Source: a virus. Taken from it: 64,000 nucleotides of DNA. This document shows positions 10,258 through 19,844 of this stretch, piece after piece; the stretch's first letter is position 1, and each line of letters begins with the position of its first letter. The stretch covers positions 1 to 64,000 of the IMG/VR virus record IMGVR_UViG_3300048914_000231; one strand, given 5' to 3'. The position numbers and the translations under genes were made by a program. The notes under the pieces were generated by a model. It was given only the letters and a program-made list of their open reading frames with translations. It ran no database searches and was not told the DNA's origin.

Positions 10258-10613
10258 TAAAATGCCCCCCATTGGTTGTATAGGTCCGCTTCCTTCAGAG
10301 GCGGGTCAAACGGCGTATCGTCCGGTTGTGTTTCTTTTTCGATGTCGACTTCGGGCCAGACCGCATGCTTGCCGTACTTGCCCTTGTCTGCCGAAATCGT
10401 CATGTTCAACAGCCTGAGAACTTCGATATCGAAGAATTCCCGGTTCGGCGGTGACTTCAGGCCAGTCTCGGGATTGGTTGACGGCTCGGCCTTCGCGTCG
10501 CGCAGCCACATCAGGTAGCCGGCGTTTTGCGTATAGACCGCCTCCACCGTTTTGCCCTTGTGCTTGCCAAACGGTATTGTATCTTTCAGCCCCAGCCTGC
10601 TGTCGACTCCCAT
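10257..10613 (-). CDS. Protein with ExoX C-terminal/DUF3820-like FGKHKG domain, ends WGAF
   Basis: IPFGKHKGKTVEAV..GYLMWL. Confidence 0.7.
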   Translation of the reverse strand: MGVDSRLGLKDTIPFGKHKGKTVEAVYTQNAGYLMWLRDAKAEPSTNPETGLKSPPNREFFDIEVLRLLNMTISADKGKYGKHAVWPEVDIEKETQPDDTPFDPPLKEADLYNQWGAF

Positions 10614-10616
10614 GTT

Positions 10617-10967
10617 CTACTCCAGACGTTTCAAATAAATTACCGTACAGCGTTTATTATCTACCGCGATATGAGGACCAAAGAGCTTCCTGATATAGGC
10701 AATCAACCTGTCCGGTGCGCTGTCCGGTTCGTTGCGCAGTTCCCGGTGGTTGCGCCAGGCATGCTCCCGGCACATGTCGATCAGGTTTCCCTTGTGCACG
10801 GACACAACCTGCGCCCGGCCAAACACAATTTTAGTCTTCTCGTCCAGCAGGAGCACCTCCTGCCCGACAGTCAATCTGTTCGCCAGCGTCCAGCCCAGGC
10901 GGAAGGTATTGAATGCATTCTCAACACCTTCCACCGGCGGGATGAAGCCGATCGTCTGAACTTCCAT
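10617..10967 (-). CDS. ASCH/PUA-like domain protein
   Basis: NTFRLG..LTVGQEVLL..FGRAQVVSV pattern. Confidence 0.55.
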   Translation of the reverse strand: MEVQTIGFIPPVEGVENAFNTFRLGWTLANRLTVGQEVLLLDEKTKIVFGRAQVVSVHKGNLIDMCREHAWRNHRELRNEPDSAPDRLIAYIRKLFGPHIAVDNKRCTVIYLKRLE

Positions 10968-10983
10968 GTACGCACTCCCTATA

Positions 10984-10997
10984 AGTCATTATTGACT
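10984..10997. promoter_or_regulatory. AGTCA-N4-TGACT palindrome between TATAAT and SD
   Basis: AGTCATTATTGACT; minus-strand TATAAT at 11011-11016. Confidence 0.85.
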
Positions 10998-11037
10998 GAA
11001 CAACATGAATATTATAGTGGAATGCGGACATGAATTT

Positions 11038-12078
11038 TTAGGCAAACAGCTTGTTCAGTTCGGCAATCGCACCGGCCGCGCGAATCTGGTCGGCCAGGGC
11101 ATTCATGCCGATGCGCTTACCGTCCCATTCGGTGAAGCCCTTGGACGGCTCGGGCAGCTTGCCCATGTCGACCAGCGCCTGAATCGTCGACAGTTCCGGG
11201 TTGAAGTAGGCAATGCCGTCGTCGGTAAAGGACAGACGGATTTTGCATTCTTCGAACGGCTTGGTCAGCTTCGACTTCTGGCACTTGATCTTGATGTCCT
11301 GGCCCACGAATTCCTTCGTGCCGGCCACGACCTTCGTGACTTTGTCGCGCGCCAGGCTCATGCGCACCGTCGAGTAGTACTCCATGGCGCCACCGCCCGG
11401 GGTCGTGGTCGGATCGCCATACACGACGCCCGGCCTGGTGCGAATCTGGTTCAGGTAGATGAAGGTGGCGTTGTAGTCTTCGGCCGCGATCGCCATCGAT
11501 TTGAGCGTGGTCGACGTCACGCGCGCCAGCGCGGTCGTGTCGTTCATGGTCAGTTCGTCCATCGCCTTGCCGGCCGACGACGCCGGCACCGCCGACGCGA
11601 TCGAGTCCATCACGATGGCGATCGGCGCCCTCTCGTGAATCACGCCGCGCTCGCGAATCCACTGTGCGTACGCCAGTGCCTGCATGTTGCCCTCTTCCCA
11701 CGTGCGCGGCTTGCGATAGGACCAGTACGGCGGCGTCAGGTCGAGTCCGAAGCCGTTGGCCGCAACTTCCTGGTTGAACGAGCGTTCCCAATCGCGAAAA
11801 CCGGCGGCGCCGCCCATCTTCTGCGCGAAAGCCATCCAGAAGGTCGCCAGCGCGGTCTTGCCGGCCGACGATGGTCCGTACACTTCGACCAGCCGGCCCT
11901 GCGGCAGGCCGCCGTCAACGCGGCCGGAAATGGCCAGGTTCAGCGGAATGTAGCCAGTATCGATGAAGTCCGTCACGGTTGCCGATTCATCGTTGCCGCC
12001 CAGCTTCTTGTCGAACTCTTCCGCGAGGTCGGCGACAGTGGTGCCCTTCAGGACCGGGCGTGCGTAAGTGGTGGTCAT
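11038..12078 (-). CDS. recA: RecA/UvsX-family recombinase
   Basis: GGLPQGRLVEVYGPSSAGKT, IVMDS, LNQIR..YGDPTTTPGG. Confidence 0.93.
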   Translation of the reverse strand: MTTTYARPVLKGTTVADLAEEFDKKLGGNDESATVTDFIDTGYIPLNLAISGRVDGGLPQGRLVEVYGPSSAGKTALATFWMAFAQKMGGAAGFRDWERSFNQEVAANGFGLDLTPPYWSYRKPRTWEEGNMQALAYAQWIRERGVIHERAPIAIVMDSIASAVPASSAGKAMDELTMNDTTALARVTSTTLKSMAIAAEDYNATFIYLNQIRTRPGVVYGDPTTTPGGGAMEYYSTVRMSLARDKVTKVVAGTKEFVGQDIKIKCQKSKLTKPFEECKIRLSFTDDGIAYFNPELSTIQALVDMGKLPEPSKGFTEWDGKRIGMNALADQIRAAGAIAELNKLFA

Positions 12079-12087
12079 GCTTGTCCT

Positions 12088-13092
12088 TTACTTTTGAAAC
12101 GGTTTAACGAATTCGTCCAGGTTGCGCAGGATCGATGCGAATGCCAGTTCTTCGCAGACGCTGGCAAAGGCCTCCCTGTCGAGCGCGCCCTGAATGACCT
12201 TGATCTCGTCCTTCTTCGGCGGCGCCACGCGCAGCAGCTGCATCAGCTGGAAGTTGCGCTTGTAGATCAGGCGCCCCTGACCGGGCCAGGTATCGGCATG
12301 CTTCTGGCGCGCGCGCGAGTCATCCTCGTCGCCCATGTAGGTCGCCTCCATGTACCCGATCAGGTCGTGCTCGCATGCCCCCAGCAGGCGCTTTTGCACC
12401 TTGCCCTTGGGCTTGTGGTCGCCCTTCGCACACGCGAGCCAGAAATTGCGCATGCTCCCGAATTCAGCGATGAAGTCTGGCGCACCCTTGTCGCCCAGGC
12501 CACCGACACCCGAAATGCAGTCCGAGGTGTCGCCCGTCAGAATCTTGATTTCAAGATATTCGAGCGGCGTTCTGCAGCCGGTCTTGTCGTAGAAGTTCTG
12601 CGCATTGATGAATTTGGCGTCATCGCGCGGGTCTTTCCACCAGACGTTCTTGCGCACCAGCTGGACCCAATCGCCGTCGCCAGACAGCAGGCCGACCATG
12701 TTGTTCGGGTCGTTCGACAGCTTGGCCACGAAGTAGCCGGCCAGGTCGTCCGCTTCCATCTTGTAGGCCGTCATCTGACGCACGCCGAGGGCGGCTAGCA
12801 GGCGCTCGATGTAGGGCTTCTGTTTGGCGTAGGATTCCTTCATCGCGACCTTCTCGGGCGTGTCGCGACGGTTGGATTTGTACTCGGGATGCAGGGTGAA
12901 GCGCCAGTCGGCGCGACCGTCCCAGAGGACGAAGGGTGTGTAGCCGGGCGTCTCGATCAGCGCCTGGCGAATCGTCTTGATGATGCCATATGCGGCTTGG
13001 GTTTCGAGCGTGCCGCAGGTCAGGCGTGTCGCCTGCTGGGAAGCGTAACCGAGGCTGTTGCCATCAATTAACAGTGTGTGGGTATTGGCCAT
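12088..13092 (-). CDS. 5'-3' exonuclease / flap endonuclease (T4 RNase H / PolA N-terminal type)
   Basis: LIDGNS, EYKSNR, EADD, SGDGD, GDTSDCISGVGGLG. Confidence 0.92.
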   Translation of the reverse strand: MANTHTLLIDGNSLGYASQQATRLTCGTLETQAAYGIIKTIRQALIETPGYTPFVLWDGRADWRFTLHPEYKSNRRDTPEKVAMKESYAKQKPYIERLLAALGVRQMTAYKMEADDLAGYFVAKLSNDPNNMVGLLSGDGDWVQLVRKNVWWKDPRDDAKFINAQNFYDKTGCRTPLEYLEIKILTGDTSDCISGVGGLGDKGAPDFIAEFGSMRNFWLACAKGDHKPKGKVQKRLLGACEHDLIGYMEATYMGDEDDSRARQKHADTWPGQGRLIYKRNFQLMQLLRVAPPKKDEIKVIQGALDREAFASVCEELAFASILRNLDEFVKPFQK

Positions 13093-13108
13093 GTTCTCTC
13101 CAGAGGGT

Positions 13109-13136
13109 AAAAGGGCCAGCACACCGGCCGGCCCTT
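13109..13136 (-). terminator. Possible intrinsic terminator after SSB
   Basis: AAGGGCCGGC/GCTGGCCCTT stem followed by a short U run. Confidence 0.45.
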
Positions 13137-13159
13137 GATTACAGCGTCGACGTGCCGGG

Positions 13160-13999
13160 TTATTCCGGCAGGTCGCTCAGGAGGTCGTCGAGCTCGGTGT
13201 CGAGCGACGGTGCTGCCGACGCGGCCGACTTGACGTCGACAGTTTCGGTCATGTCCAGGTCCGGCACGTCATCGAAGTCGGCCTTCGGTTTGCCCGTCAG
13301 GCGCGGGGCGCCCGCACCTGCCGTAGCCGCACCTGCCGCCGGCAACAGACCGGCGATACCGTTGACCGCGCCGATTGCACGGCGCTGCTGCTCGTCCGAT
13401 TCCTGCTTGACGTAGTCGGCCAGGTTGTTCAGCTTGGCCAGTACCGAGACGTTGTACGGCGCGGTTTTCGGCGTGATCTGCGCGGTGTAGGTCGTGTTCA
13501 GACCCTTGCCGTCGCGGTTGATCAGGATTTCCTTGCCGTTGGTCGGATCGAACACGGCTTCGGCGCCCCACTCGCTGATGATTTCGATCAGCTGGCCGAA
13601 TACGCTGCGCTTGATTTCCAGAATCTGCGGCGTGTTGGGTTCTTCCGAGTCCAGCAGCAGCGCGTTGATCAGGACGGTACGCGACGGACGACCCTTTTCC
13701 AGCACCTTGGCGAGCTCGTCGTCGCCGCAGTTCTTGATGCCCTGCGCGATGGCGTTGCAGACCGGGCAGTCCTGTTCGTGCGTGGCGCTCGTGCACAGGT
13801 ACACCGCCTTGATGGTGTCGGTTTCGTCCTTGATGAAGTGTTGACCGAAGTCCTGGAAGAAGACTTCTTCCCTGCCTTTTTCCCAGCCCGGCAGCAGGCG
13901 GATGCGGTTCTTGCCCGGTTTCAGTTTGGCGGTCTTTTCGACCTTTTGCATTGCGGCCTTTTTGGAAGCCATCAGGGCCATCAGTTTTGCGTTATCCAT
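13160..13999 (-). CDS. T4 gp32-like single-stranded DNA-binding protein
   Basis: IRLLP, QHF, C..CPVC zinc motif, acidic LDDLL C-terminal tail. Confidence 0.8.
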   Translation of the reverse strand: MDNAKLMALMASKKAAMQKVEKTAKLKPGKNRIRLLPGWEKGREEVFFQDFGQHFIKDETDTIKAVYLCTSATHEQDCPVCNAIAQGIKNCGDDELAKVLEKGRPSRTVLINALLLDSEEPNTPQILEIKRSVFGQLIEIISEWGAEAVFDPTNGKEILINRDGKGLNTTYTAQITPKTAPYNVSVLAKLNNLADYVKQESDEQQRRAIGAVNGIAGLLPAAGAATAGAGAPRLTGKPKADFDDVPDLDMTETVDVKSAASAAPSLDTELDDLLSDLPE

Positions 14000-14072
14000 G
14001 GTTTGCAGTCTTTCGTAGTGGTAGTAGTTTGTCAGCGCCTTTAGACTTGCGTCGTTCAGCACTTACATTATA

Positions 14073-14086
14073 GCTCAGTCGTGACT
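14073..14086. promoter_or_regulatory. Palindrome variant abutting TATAAT (SSB promoter)
   Basis: GCTCAGTCGTGACT; minus-strand TATAAT at 14067-14072. Confidence 0.75.
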
Positions 14087-14111
14087 ACATGAGCAGGCAC
14101 GACCGGGGTAT

Positions 14112-14402
14112 TTATTCAGGCGGATATTCGCCCTGATCAAAAACGTGCCAGACGGCGCCGTAAGTCATCAGGGCGGTGCCGACATGCGCGCCAAGTTCGC
14201 CGAACACCGGGTTGTCGGTGCCGACAATGGCGATCATGCGTTTGGCCAAAGGCTGGTCCTGATCAACCAGAGCCCACAGAAACAGGCCGGTCATACCGTT
14301 GACGAACTGTTCACCAACATGCAGCAGCCTTGCGTCCGCCGGCATCTGGATGATCTGCTGGTCCTTGATGTCCAGCGCATACTTGAAAATCACGCGCGCC
14401 AT
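14112..14402 (-). CDS. Phage hypothetical protein (IFKY..WALVD..GT..VWHVF type)
   Basis: 96-aa ORF with a motif pattern common in phages. Confidence 0.7.
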   Translation of the reverse strand: MARVIFKYALDIKDQQIIQMPADARLLHVGEQFVNGMTGLFLWALVDQDQPLAKRMIAIVGTDNPVFGELGAHVGTALMTYGAVWHVFDQGEYPPE

Positions 14403-14404
14403 GA

Positions 14405-15565
14405 TCAGCGTGCCTTCGCCAGTTCCATCGCCCGTGATTTGGCGTCCGCGTGGGCGGCGCCGGCGGCGACGATGCGGGCCGCGCCCTTACCTTCCTCACG
14501 GCGGTCGGCGCCCAGCTGGATGATCATGTCGCGCCGCTGCTTGAGCGACTCGACCAGGCCCTTGTTGATCGTGGCGATGGTTTCGGCTTCGATCACGATG
14601 TTCTGGTTGTGCAGCCATTTCGGGTCGATCTTGACGGCGTTTTCGACCTGTTTCTCGGTCGCCTTCTCGCCGGCGGCGACCAGCGCCTTGCGGTGCGTGT
14701 CGTACAGCTGGGCCTCCAGTACGCCGAAGCGGGCCTTCAGGCGCAGGTATTGCGCTTCCGCTTTGGCGGCCTGCTCGACGTAGTAGGCGATCAGGCCGGC
14801 CTGTTCCATCATGCAGTTGTCCAGATTGGTCTCCGACACGCTGATGTCCTTGCGGAACTGCGCGACATCGATGCTGTGCTGCAGACCGGCCGGTGCCGTC
14901 GACCTGGCGGCTGCGGGCTTTTCCTCCACCGGCGGCGGGTTCGGGTTCTTTGGCGTTTCATCCGGGTCCGGCAGGGCCGCAGCGACCTTCCCGGCCGGCT
15001 TGAGCGTGCCGGCGATCGCCTTGAGTTCTTCGTCGAGCGTTTCCTCGCGTGCGGCTTGCGCCTGGGCCAGTGCAACAGCGTCATCCTCAGACACGACACC
15101 AGCCTTGTTCAGTTCTTTCGCCGCTTTCGGGATGTCGCTCGGATACTTGTCCTTGAGTTTGCCGGCCAGCGCGGCGAACTTGTCGTCCGGTTTCCTGGCT
15201 GCGGTTGCGGTGCCGCCCATTTCCGCTTCCAGTGCGGCGAGCTCGTCATCCAGGCTCGGTTCGGCGGCACTGGCATTTGCTGCCGCAATCTGCCTGTCCA
15301 GTTTGGCTTCGGTCTCCAGGTCGACGATGCCGCTATCACGCGGATCGGTCGGGTCCAGGTCGACAGCCGCCTCGACTTTTGCCGTCGTGGCCGGTGCGAA
15401 GACCGTCGGGTCTTCGTCCAGACCCGCCAGCGGATCATCCTCGACCACGGGCGCCGCCTTTGCGGCCGGTGGCGCCGCCACCATGCCGGCAGTTTCCTCT
15501 TCCAGCTGCGCCATCAGCGCGTCCAGGTCGTCATCGCCAATCGGCGTTTCCTGTTGTACGGCCAT
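14405..15565 (-). CDS. UvsY-like recombination mediator with long acidic disordered N-terminus
   Basis: C-terminal helical domain (ATEKQVENAVKIDPKW..LKQRRDMIIQLG); near SSB and RecA; AAGGAG SD. Confidence 0.55.
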   Translation of the reverse strand: MAVQQETPIGDDDLDALMAQLEEETAGMVAAPPAAKAAPVVEDDPLAGLDEDPTVFAPATTAKVEAAVDLDPTDPRDSGIVDLETEAKLDRQIAAANASAAEPSLDDELAALEAEMGGTATAARKPDDKFAALAGKLKDKYPSDIPKAAKELNKAGVVSEDDAVALAQAQAAREETLDEELKAIAGTLKPAGKVAAALPDPDETPKNPNPPPVEEKPAAARSTAPAGLQHSIDVAQFRKDISVSETNLDNCMMEQAGLIAYYVEQAAKAEAQYLRLKARFGVLEAQLYDTHRKALVAAGEKATEKQVENAVKIDPKWLHNQNIVIEAETIATINKGLVESLKQRRDMIIQLGADRREEGKGAARIVAAGAAHADAKSRAMELAKAR

Positions 15566-15630
15566 GTAATTCTCCTTCGTGTGTAAATCGGTTGAATGAT
15601 TATGGTACGGGTTCCGCGACCCGTGGCGCA

Positions 15631-15644
15631 AGTCAGTAATGACT
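15631..15644. promoter_or_regulatory. AGTCA-N4-TGACT palindrome overlapping -35
   Basis: AGTCAGTAATGACT; minus-strand TTGCGC..TACCAT. Confidence 0.85.
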
Positions 15645-15664
15645 TATTAGTCAGGCGATATGCT

Positions 15665-18600
15665 TCATTCGAGAATCTCCGCAACCTTGGCGAACACCGC
15701 GTTGAGGATTTCCTGCTTCGACGCATCGAAGTGGATCATACCCGGGTTGATACCGCAGACGATCGAGGCATCGAGCTTGGAGTCGTACACGACCTTGCCG
15801 ACCAGATCGGCCGGCTTGGCGCCCGGGATCAGGTGCTTGATCGCGGCGCTACCCAGCGCGACGATGATGGGTGGCCTGACCAGTTCCAGTTCGCGCCTGA
15901 AGAACCCGGTGCAGCCATTTAACTGCTCGCGCGTCAAGAACTTGTCATTCTTTTTGGCCTTCACCAGCGCGGTGTAGTAGCCCGCGTTCGGGCTCAACCC
16001 GTTTTCTTTCATCGCGAGCTTGATGCATTCCGCCGCGTCGCCAACGAGGTACTTCTCGTTCTTCTCTTCCTGCCAGGTCGGTGAGTCCTCGACGACCATG
16101 AACCTGGCCCTGTCGCCGGTGCGCACCGCCGGATGCAGCTGGCCTGCCAGGTCGCAGTCCTGGCACTTGCGGTATTCCTGCACGAGGTGAATGATCTTCT
16201 GGCGCACGAACGGGTCTTTCGTATCCGTCTCACGTTCCGCCTTGACGGCGTCGACGATCAGGCCGGGCATCAGTTCCATCTGCTCGCGCCGGCGGTCAGG
16301 GTGGCGCGCGGGAAGCGCGGTCGGGTCGACCGACGCCATCGCGCCGACCGCCTTGAGCACGTCCACGACCTTGCTGTTGACTTTCGAGCCGGCCAGACCG
16401 GCCGTCATTTCGAACTCTTCCACGCTGTCGAAGCGCCCCTTGACCGGGCCGGCCTTGTCGACGTCGTACACCGGCTCCAGCGTGCCGTCGCGCTTCTTCT
16501 TGTCGCGCACCTTGACGATGCCGCGGTTGTTCTCGCGCAGTTCAACGATGCGGCGCGCGGTGGTCTCCGAGATACCCTTGACGGCGCTGAACGGGGCCAG
16601 GATGTGCTTGTCGTCAGGGATCGTGAAGCGGTCGCTGGACAGGTTGATGTCGGGCGGCAGCACTTCGATGCCACACGAACGCGCGTCGTTGACCAGACCG
16701 GGAATCTTGTCCTCGTCATCCACGATCGACAGCGTGGCAGCGAAGTATTCGGCCGGGTAGCGCACGCGCATCCACATCGTCCACACGGAAATGATGGAGT
16801 ATTCCACCGAGTGCGAGCGGTTGAAGCCGTAGCCTGCGAACGCTTCGATCTTGTCGAACAGGTCGCCGGCGATCAGCGGGTCCATGCTGGACTTGGTCTC
16901 GCAGCCCTTAACCCACTTCTCGCGCATTTCGGCCATCTTGTCCTTGTCCTTCTTGCCCATCGCCTTGCGCAGGTGGTCTGCTTCGGCGCCGGTGAAGCCG
17001 GCCAGGTCGACGGACAATTGCATGACCTGTTCCTGGTACACGACCACGCCATAGGTCGGCGCAAGGGCCGGCTCCATGTTCGGGTGCTCGTAATACGGCA
17101 GCTTGTGGCCCTGTTTGATCGCGACGAAGTCCGACAGCATGCCGGACTCCATCGGACCCGGGCGGTACAGCGCGGTGGCCGCCGTAATGTCTTCGAACGT
17201 CAGGTTGCCGCCCTTGGCCAAGTCGCGCAGGAGCTTGCGCATGCCCGATGATTCGAACTGGAACACGCCAGTGGTGTCGCCCGCTGCGAATGCCGCCATG
17301 ACGTCGGGTTCCTCCAGCGGCAGATTGATGTAGCTGACGTCGATCCCATGCCGGTCCTTGACGTAACGGCGCGCGATCTCCAGCGTATCGAGCGTGGACA
17401 AGCCCAGAATGTCCATCTTGACCAGACCCCAGTCCTCGACCACGCGCTTGTCCCAGTTCGTGACCGGCAGGTCGCCCGCGCGTGTTTCGATCACGGCGCG
17501 GTTCGACAGCGGTTCGCCGCCCACGACGACGCCGGCGGCGTGCTGTGAGAAGTTGCGCACGATGCCTTCGAGTTTGAGCGCGTGGTTCCAGATGTCGGGA
17601 TAGTCGCGGCGCAGGTTGTCCAGTTCGTTGACGGCGTCGGCCGCCTCGGTCAGGCTCTTCGGGATGCCCTGCTCTTTCGGCACCAGCTTGGTTGCCGCCA
17701 GCACGCTGTTGTCCAGTTCGAACATGCGGCCCGTGTCGCGCAGGGCCGATGCCGACGCCAGCGTACCGAAGTTCGAAATGCCAGCGACGCGGTCTTCGCC
17801 GTACTTGCCGCGCAGGTACTCGATCACTTCGTGGCGACGCGTCGACATGAAGTCCAGGTCGGCGTCGGGCAAGTCCAGACGCTCCGGGTTGATGAAGCGC
17901 TCAAACAGCAGGTTGAAACGGATCGGATCGACGTCGGTAATGCCGATCAGGTAAGCGACCAGCGAACCGCCGACCGAACCGCGGCCAGGCCCGACGATGA
18001 TGCCATTTGACTTCGACCACATGACGAGGTCTTCGACCAGCAGAAAGTAGCCGGCAAAGCCCATCTTTTTCAGGACCGACAGTTCGTACTTGAGGCGGGC
18101 TTGATATTTCGGAATATCGGCCGGGTCCGGGACGTAGCCCAGGATCGGCTGCGTGAAGCGACGCTTCCAGCCGTCGATGCACTTCCTGCCCAGCGCTGCG
18201 AACTCGTCGTCCGCCATCTTCGGCAGCGAGACCGGCAGCTTCTTGAATTCGTAGGTGCAGGCGGCGGCGATCTTCTCGATGTTGGCCAGTGCCTGCTTCC
18301 ACACGTGACCGGCGTTGATGCCGTTCCACTTGACGATGCGGCCGTGCGCCGCGGTAACGCGCTTGGCGATCGATGTCGGCCCTTTGAACCCGAAGTCGCG
18401 CACGTACTGTTGCGCGCGCCACGGGTCGCTCATGCTCTTGATCATCGGGTTGCTGATGGCGGCCATGACTTCGAGCGTGTCGGCGTCGGTGTCGTTCCGG
18501 TACATGAACGGGTAGCTGGCGATTGGGCGCGCGGCCGCGCCCATCTTGCGGGACAGTTCCAGCGCCTGCAGCGCGCGGGCGTTCAGGGTATCGAACAGCG

Positions 18601-19135
18601 GCGTGTCGACCGGCGTCAGTTCGACGTACAGGCGCTCGCCGAACTTCATGGTCAGGTGGTTCAGGCGATGGTCGTATTCTGGATGCGTGAACAGGTTGTA
18701 GAAGTCGCCGGTGGTGACGATCACGCCTTCCAGGCCCAGCATTTCTTCCCAGCCGATGCGCGACTGGTAGTAGAAGTATTCCGGCGTGTTGCCCTTGGAA
18801 AGCGCCTTGATCAGGCTCTTGATGCCGGTGTCGTCGATGGCGTACGCCTTGAGCATCACCAGCGGGTTCGGCTTGGCTTCTTCACCCGAGTTCTTGGCCG
18901 GCGTGCGGTAGGTCGGATCGTCGACCACGCGCAGGCGGCAGCCGATGATCGGCTTGATACCGGCCTTCTTGCACTTGTTGGAGAAGTCCACCATATTGGA
19001 AACGCTCATGTCGTCGACCAGCGCCACCGATTCGTAGCCGTGCTTCTTGGCCTCTTCGATGATGTGGTCGACCTGCAGGAGCGAATTGCCGACGGAAAAA
19101 TCGCTGCGTACGCTTAACGCATGATTCAGGTTCAT
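15665..19135 (-). CDS. dnaE: DNA polymerase III alpha with C-terminal UDG family-4-like domain
   Basis: PHP region, GPGRGS, FERFINPER..PDADLDF, KMDILG, YGFNRSH; C-terminal CQDC..VVEDSP..RELELVRPPIIVALG. Confidence 0.95.
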   Translation of the reverse strand: MNLNHALSVRSDFSVGNSLLQVDHIIEEAKKHGYESVALVDDMSVSNMVDFSNKCKKAGIKPIIGCRLRVVDDPTYRTPAKNSGEEAKPNPLVMLKAYAIDDTGIKSLIKALSKGNTPEYFYYQSRIGWEEMLGLEGVIVTTGDFYNLFTHPEYDHRLNHLTMKFGERLYVELTPVDTPLFDTLNARALQALELSRKMGAAARPIASYPFMYRNDTDADTLEVMAAISNPMIKSMSDPWRAQQYVRDFGFKGPTSIAKRVTAAHGRIVKWNGINAGHVWKQALANIEKIAAACTYEFKKLPVSLPKMADDEFAALGRKCIDGWKRRFTQPILGYVPDPADIPKYQARLKYELSVLKKMGFAGYFLLVEDLVMWSKSNGIIVGPGRGSVGGSLVAYLIGITDVDPIRFNLLFERFINPERLDLPDADLDFMSTRRHEVIEYLRGKYGEDRVAGISNFGTLASASALRDTGRMFELDNSVLAATKLVPKEQGIPKSLTEAADAVNELDNLRRDYPDIWNHALKLEGIVRNFSQHAAGVVVGGEPLSNRAVIETRAGDLPVTNWDKRVVEDWGLVKMDILGLSTLDTLEIARRYVKDRHGIDVSYINLPLEEPDVMAAFAAGDTTGVFQFESSGMRKLLRDLAKGGNLTFEDITAATALYRPGPMESGMLSDFVAIKQGHKLPYYEHPNMEPALAPTYGVVVYQEQVMQLSVDLAGFTGAEADHLRKAMGKKDKDKMAEMREKWVKGCETKSSMDPLIAGDLFDKIEAFAGYGFNRSHSVEYSIISVWTMWMRVRYPAEYFAATLSIVDDEDKIPGLVNDARSCGIEVLPPDINLSSDRFTIPDDKHILAPFSAVKGISETTARRIVELRENNRGIVKVRDKKKRDGTLEPVYDVDKAGPVKGRFDSVEEFEMTAGLAGSKVNSKVVDVLKAVGAMASVDPTALPARHPDRRREQMELMPGLIVDAVKAERETDTKDPFVRQKIIHLVQEYRKCQDCDLAGQLHPAVRTGDRARFMVVEDSPTWQEEKNEKYLVGDAAECIKLAMKENGLSPNAGYYTALVKAKKNDKFLTREQLNGCTGFFRRELELVRPPIIVALGSAAIKHLIPGAKPADLVGKVVYDSKLDASIVCGINPGMIHFDASKQEILNAVFAKVAEILE

Positions 19136-19151
19136 ATTCGCCTTCGTGTTG

Positions 19152-19844
19152 TCAGGTTGAGGTTTTATTATCGCAACGCAGTGCAGGATTGAGCACGAAT
19201 CGCTCTTGGGGGTCTTGCACCATGATGCCGAAGCTGTACAGCAGCGCACAGCCAACGGCCACGTGACTGCCGGCGGTGCCGTCTGCCCAGTCCAGTTCCT
19301 TGACCAGGCGCGCTTTGTATTGCGCTTTCGTGAGACCGCCACGCAGCAGCATGTCGCATACGATGCGCAGGTACTGTGGCCCGCCCTTAGCGAACGGGTT
19401 TTGCCCGCGCGGGAGCATGGCGCGCATGTCGTTGACGCGGTTGTTTCTGCACAACGTGGCGGCGGCCTCCTTCGCCTTCACGCTCTTGGCGCCGAGCGCA
19501 TCGATCACGCGCTGGTCCTCGACGCTGACCGCGTAGGCAACCTTGGCTACCGGGGTGGTGCGCTCGACGATTGCCGCCACGTTCGGCTGCGTCACCGGGA
19601 TCGGCGACGTCACCATTGGGTGGCTGGGCGTCGGCGTGGCCAGCTGCGCCTTCCTGCGCGCATTCTCGTGCTGGGCCAGCAAGTCCTTGATGTTGACAAT
19701 CTCGCGCAGCGCCTGCAGACGCTCGTACGCCACCTGACCGCATGCCTGGTAGGCGACGCATGCCCGGCATACGGCCGAATCCGTGCTGTACGTGCTGGCG
19801 GCGCCAAAGCAACCCGGCGCCTGCTGTTCTGGTGTCGCGCTCAT
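19152..19844 (-). CDS. Hypothetical protein with N-terminal Cys cluster, possible C-terminal winged helix
   Basis: PGCFG..CRAC..C. Confidence 0.7.
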   Translation of the reverse strand: MSATPEQQAPGCFGAASTYSTDSAVCRACVAYQACGQVAYERLQALREIVNIKDLLAQHENARRKAQLATPTPSHPMVTSPIPVTQPNVAAIVERTTPVAKVAYAVSVEDQRVIDALGAKSVKAKEAAATLCRNNRVNDMRAMLPRGQNPFAKGGPQYLRIVCDMLLRGGLTKAQYKARLVKELDWADGTAGSHVAVGCALLYSFGIMVQDPQERFVLNPALRCDNKTST

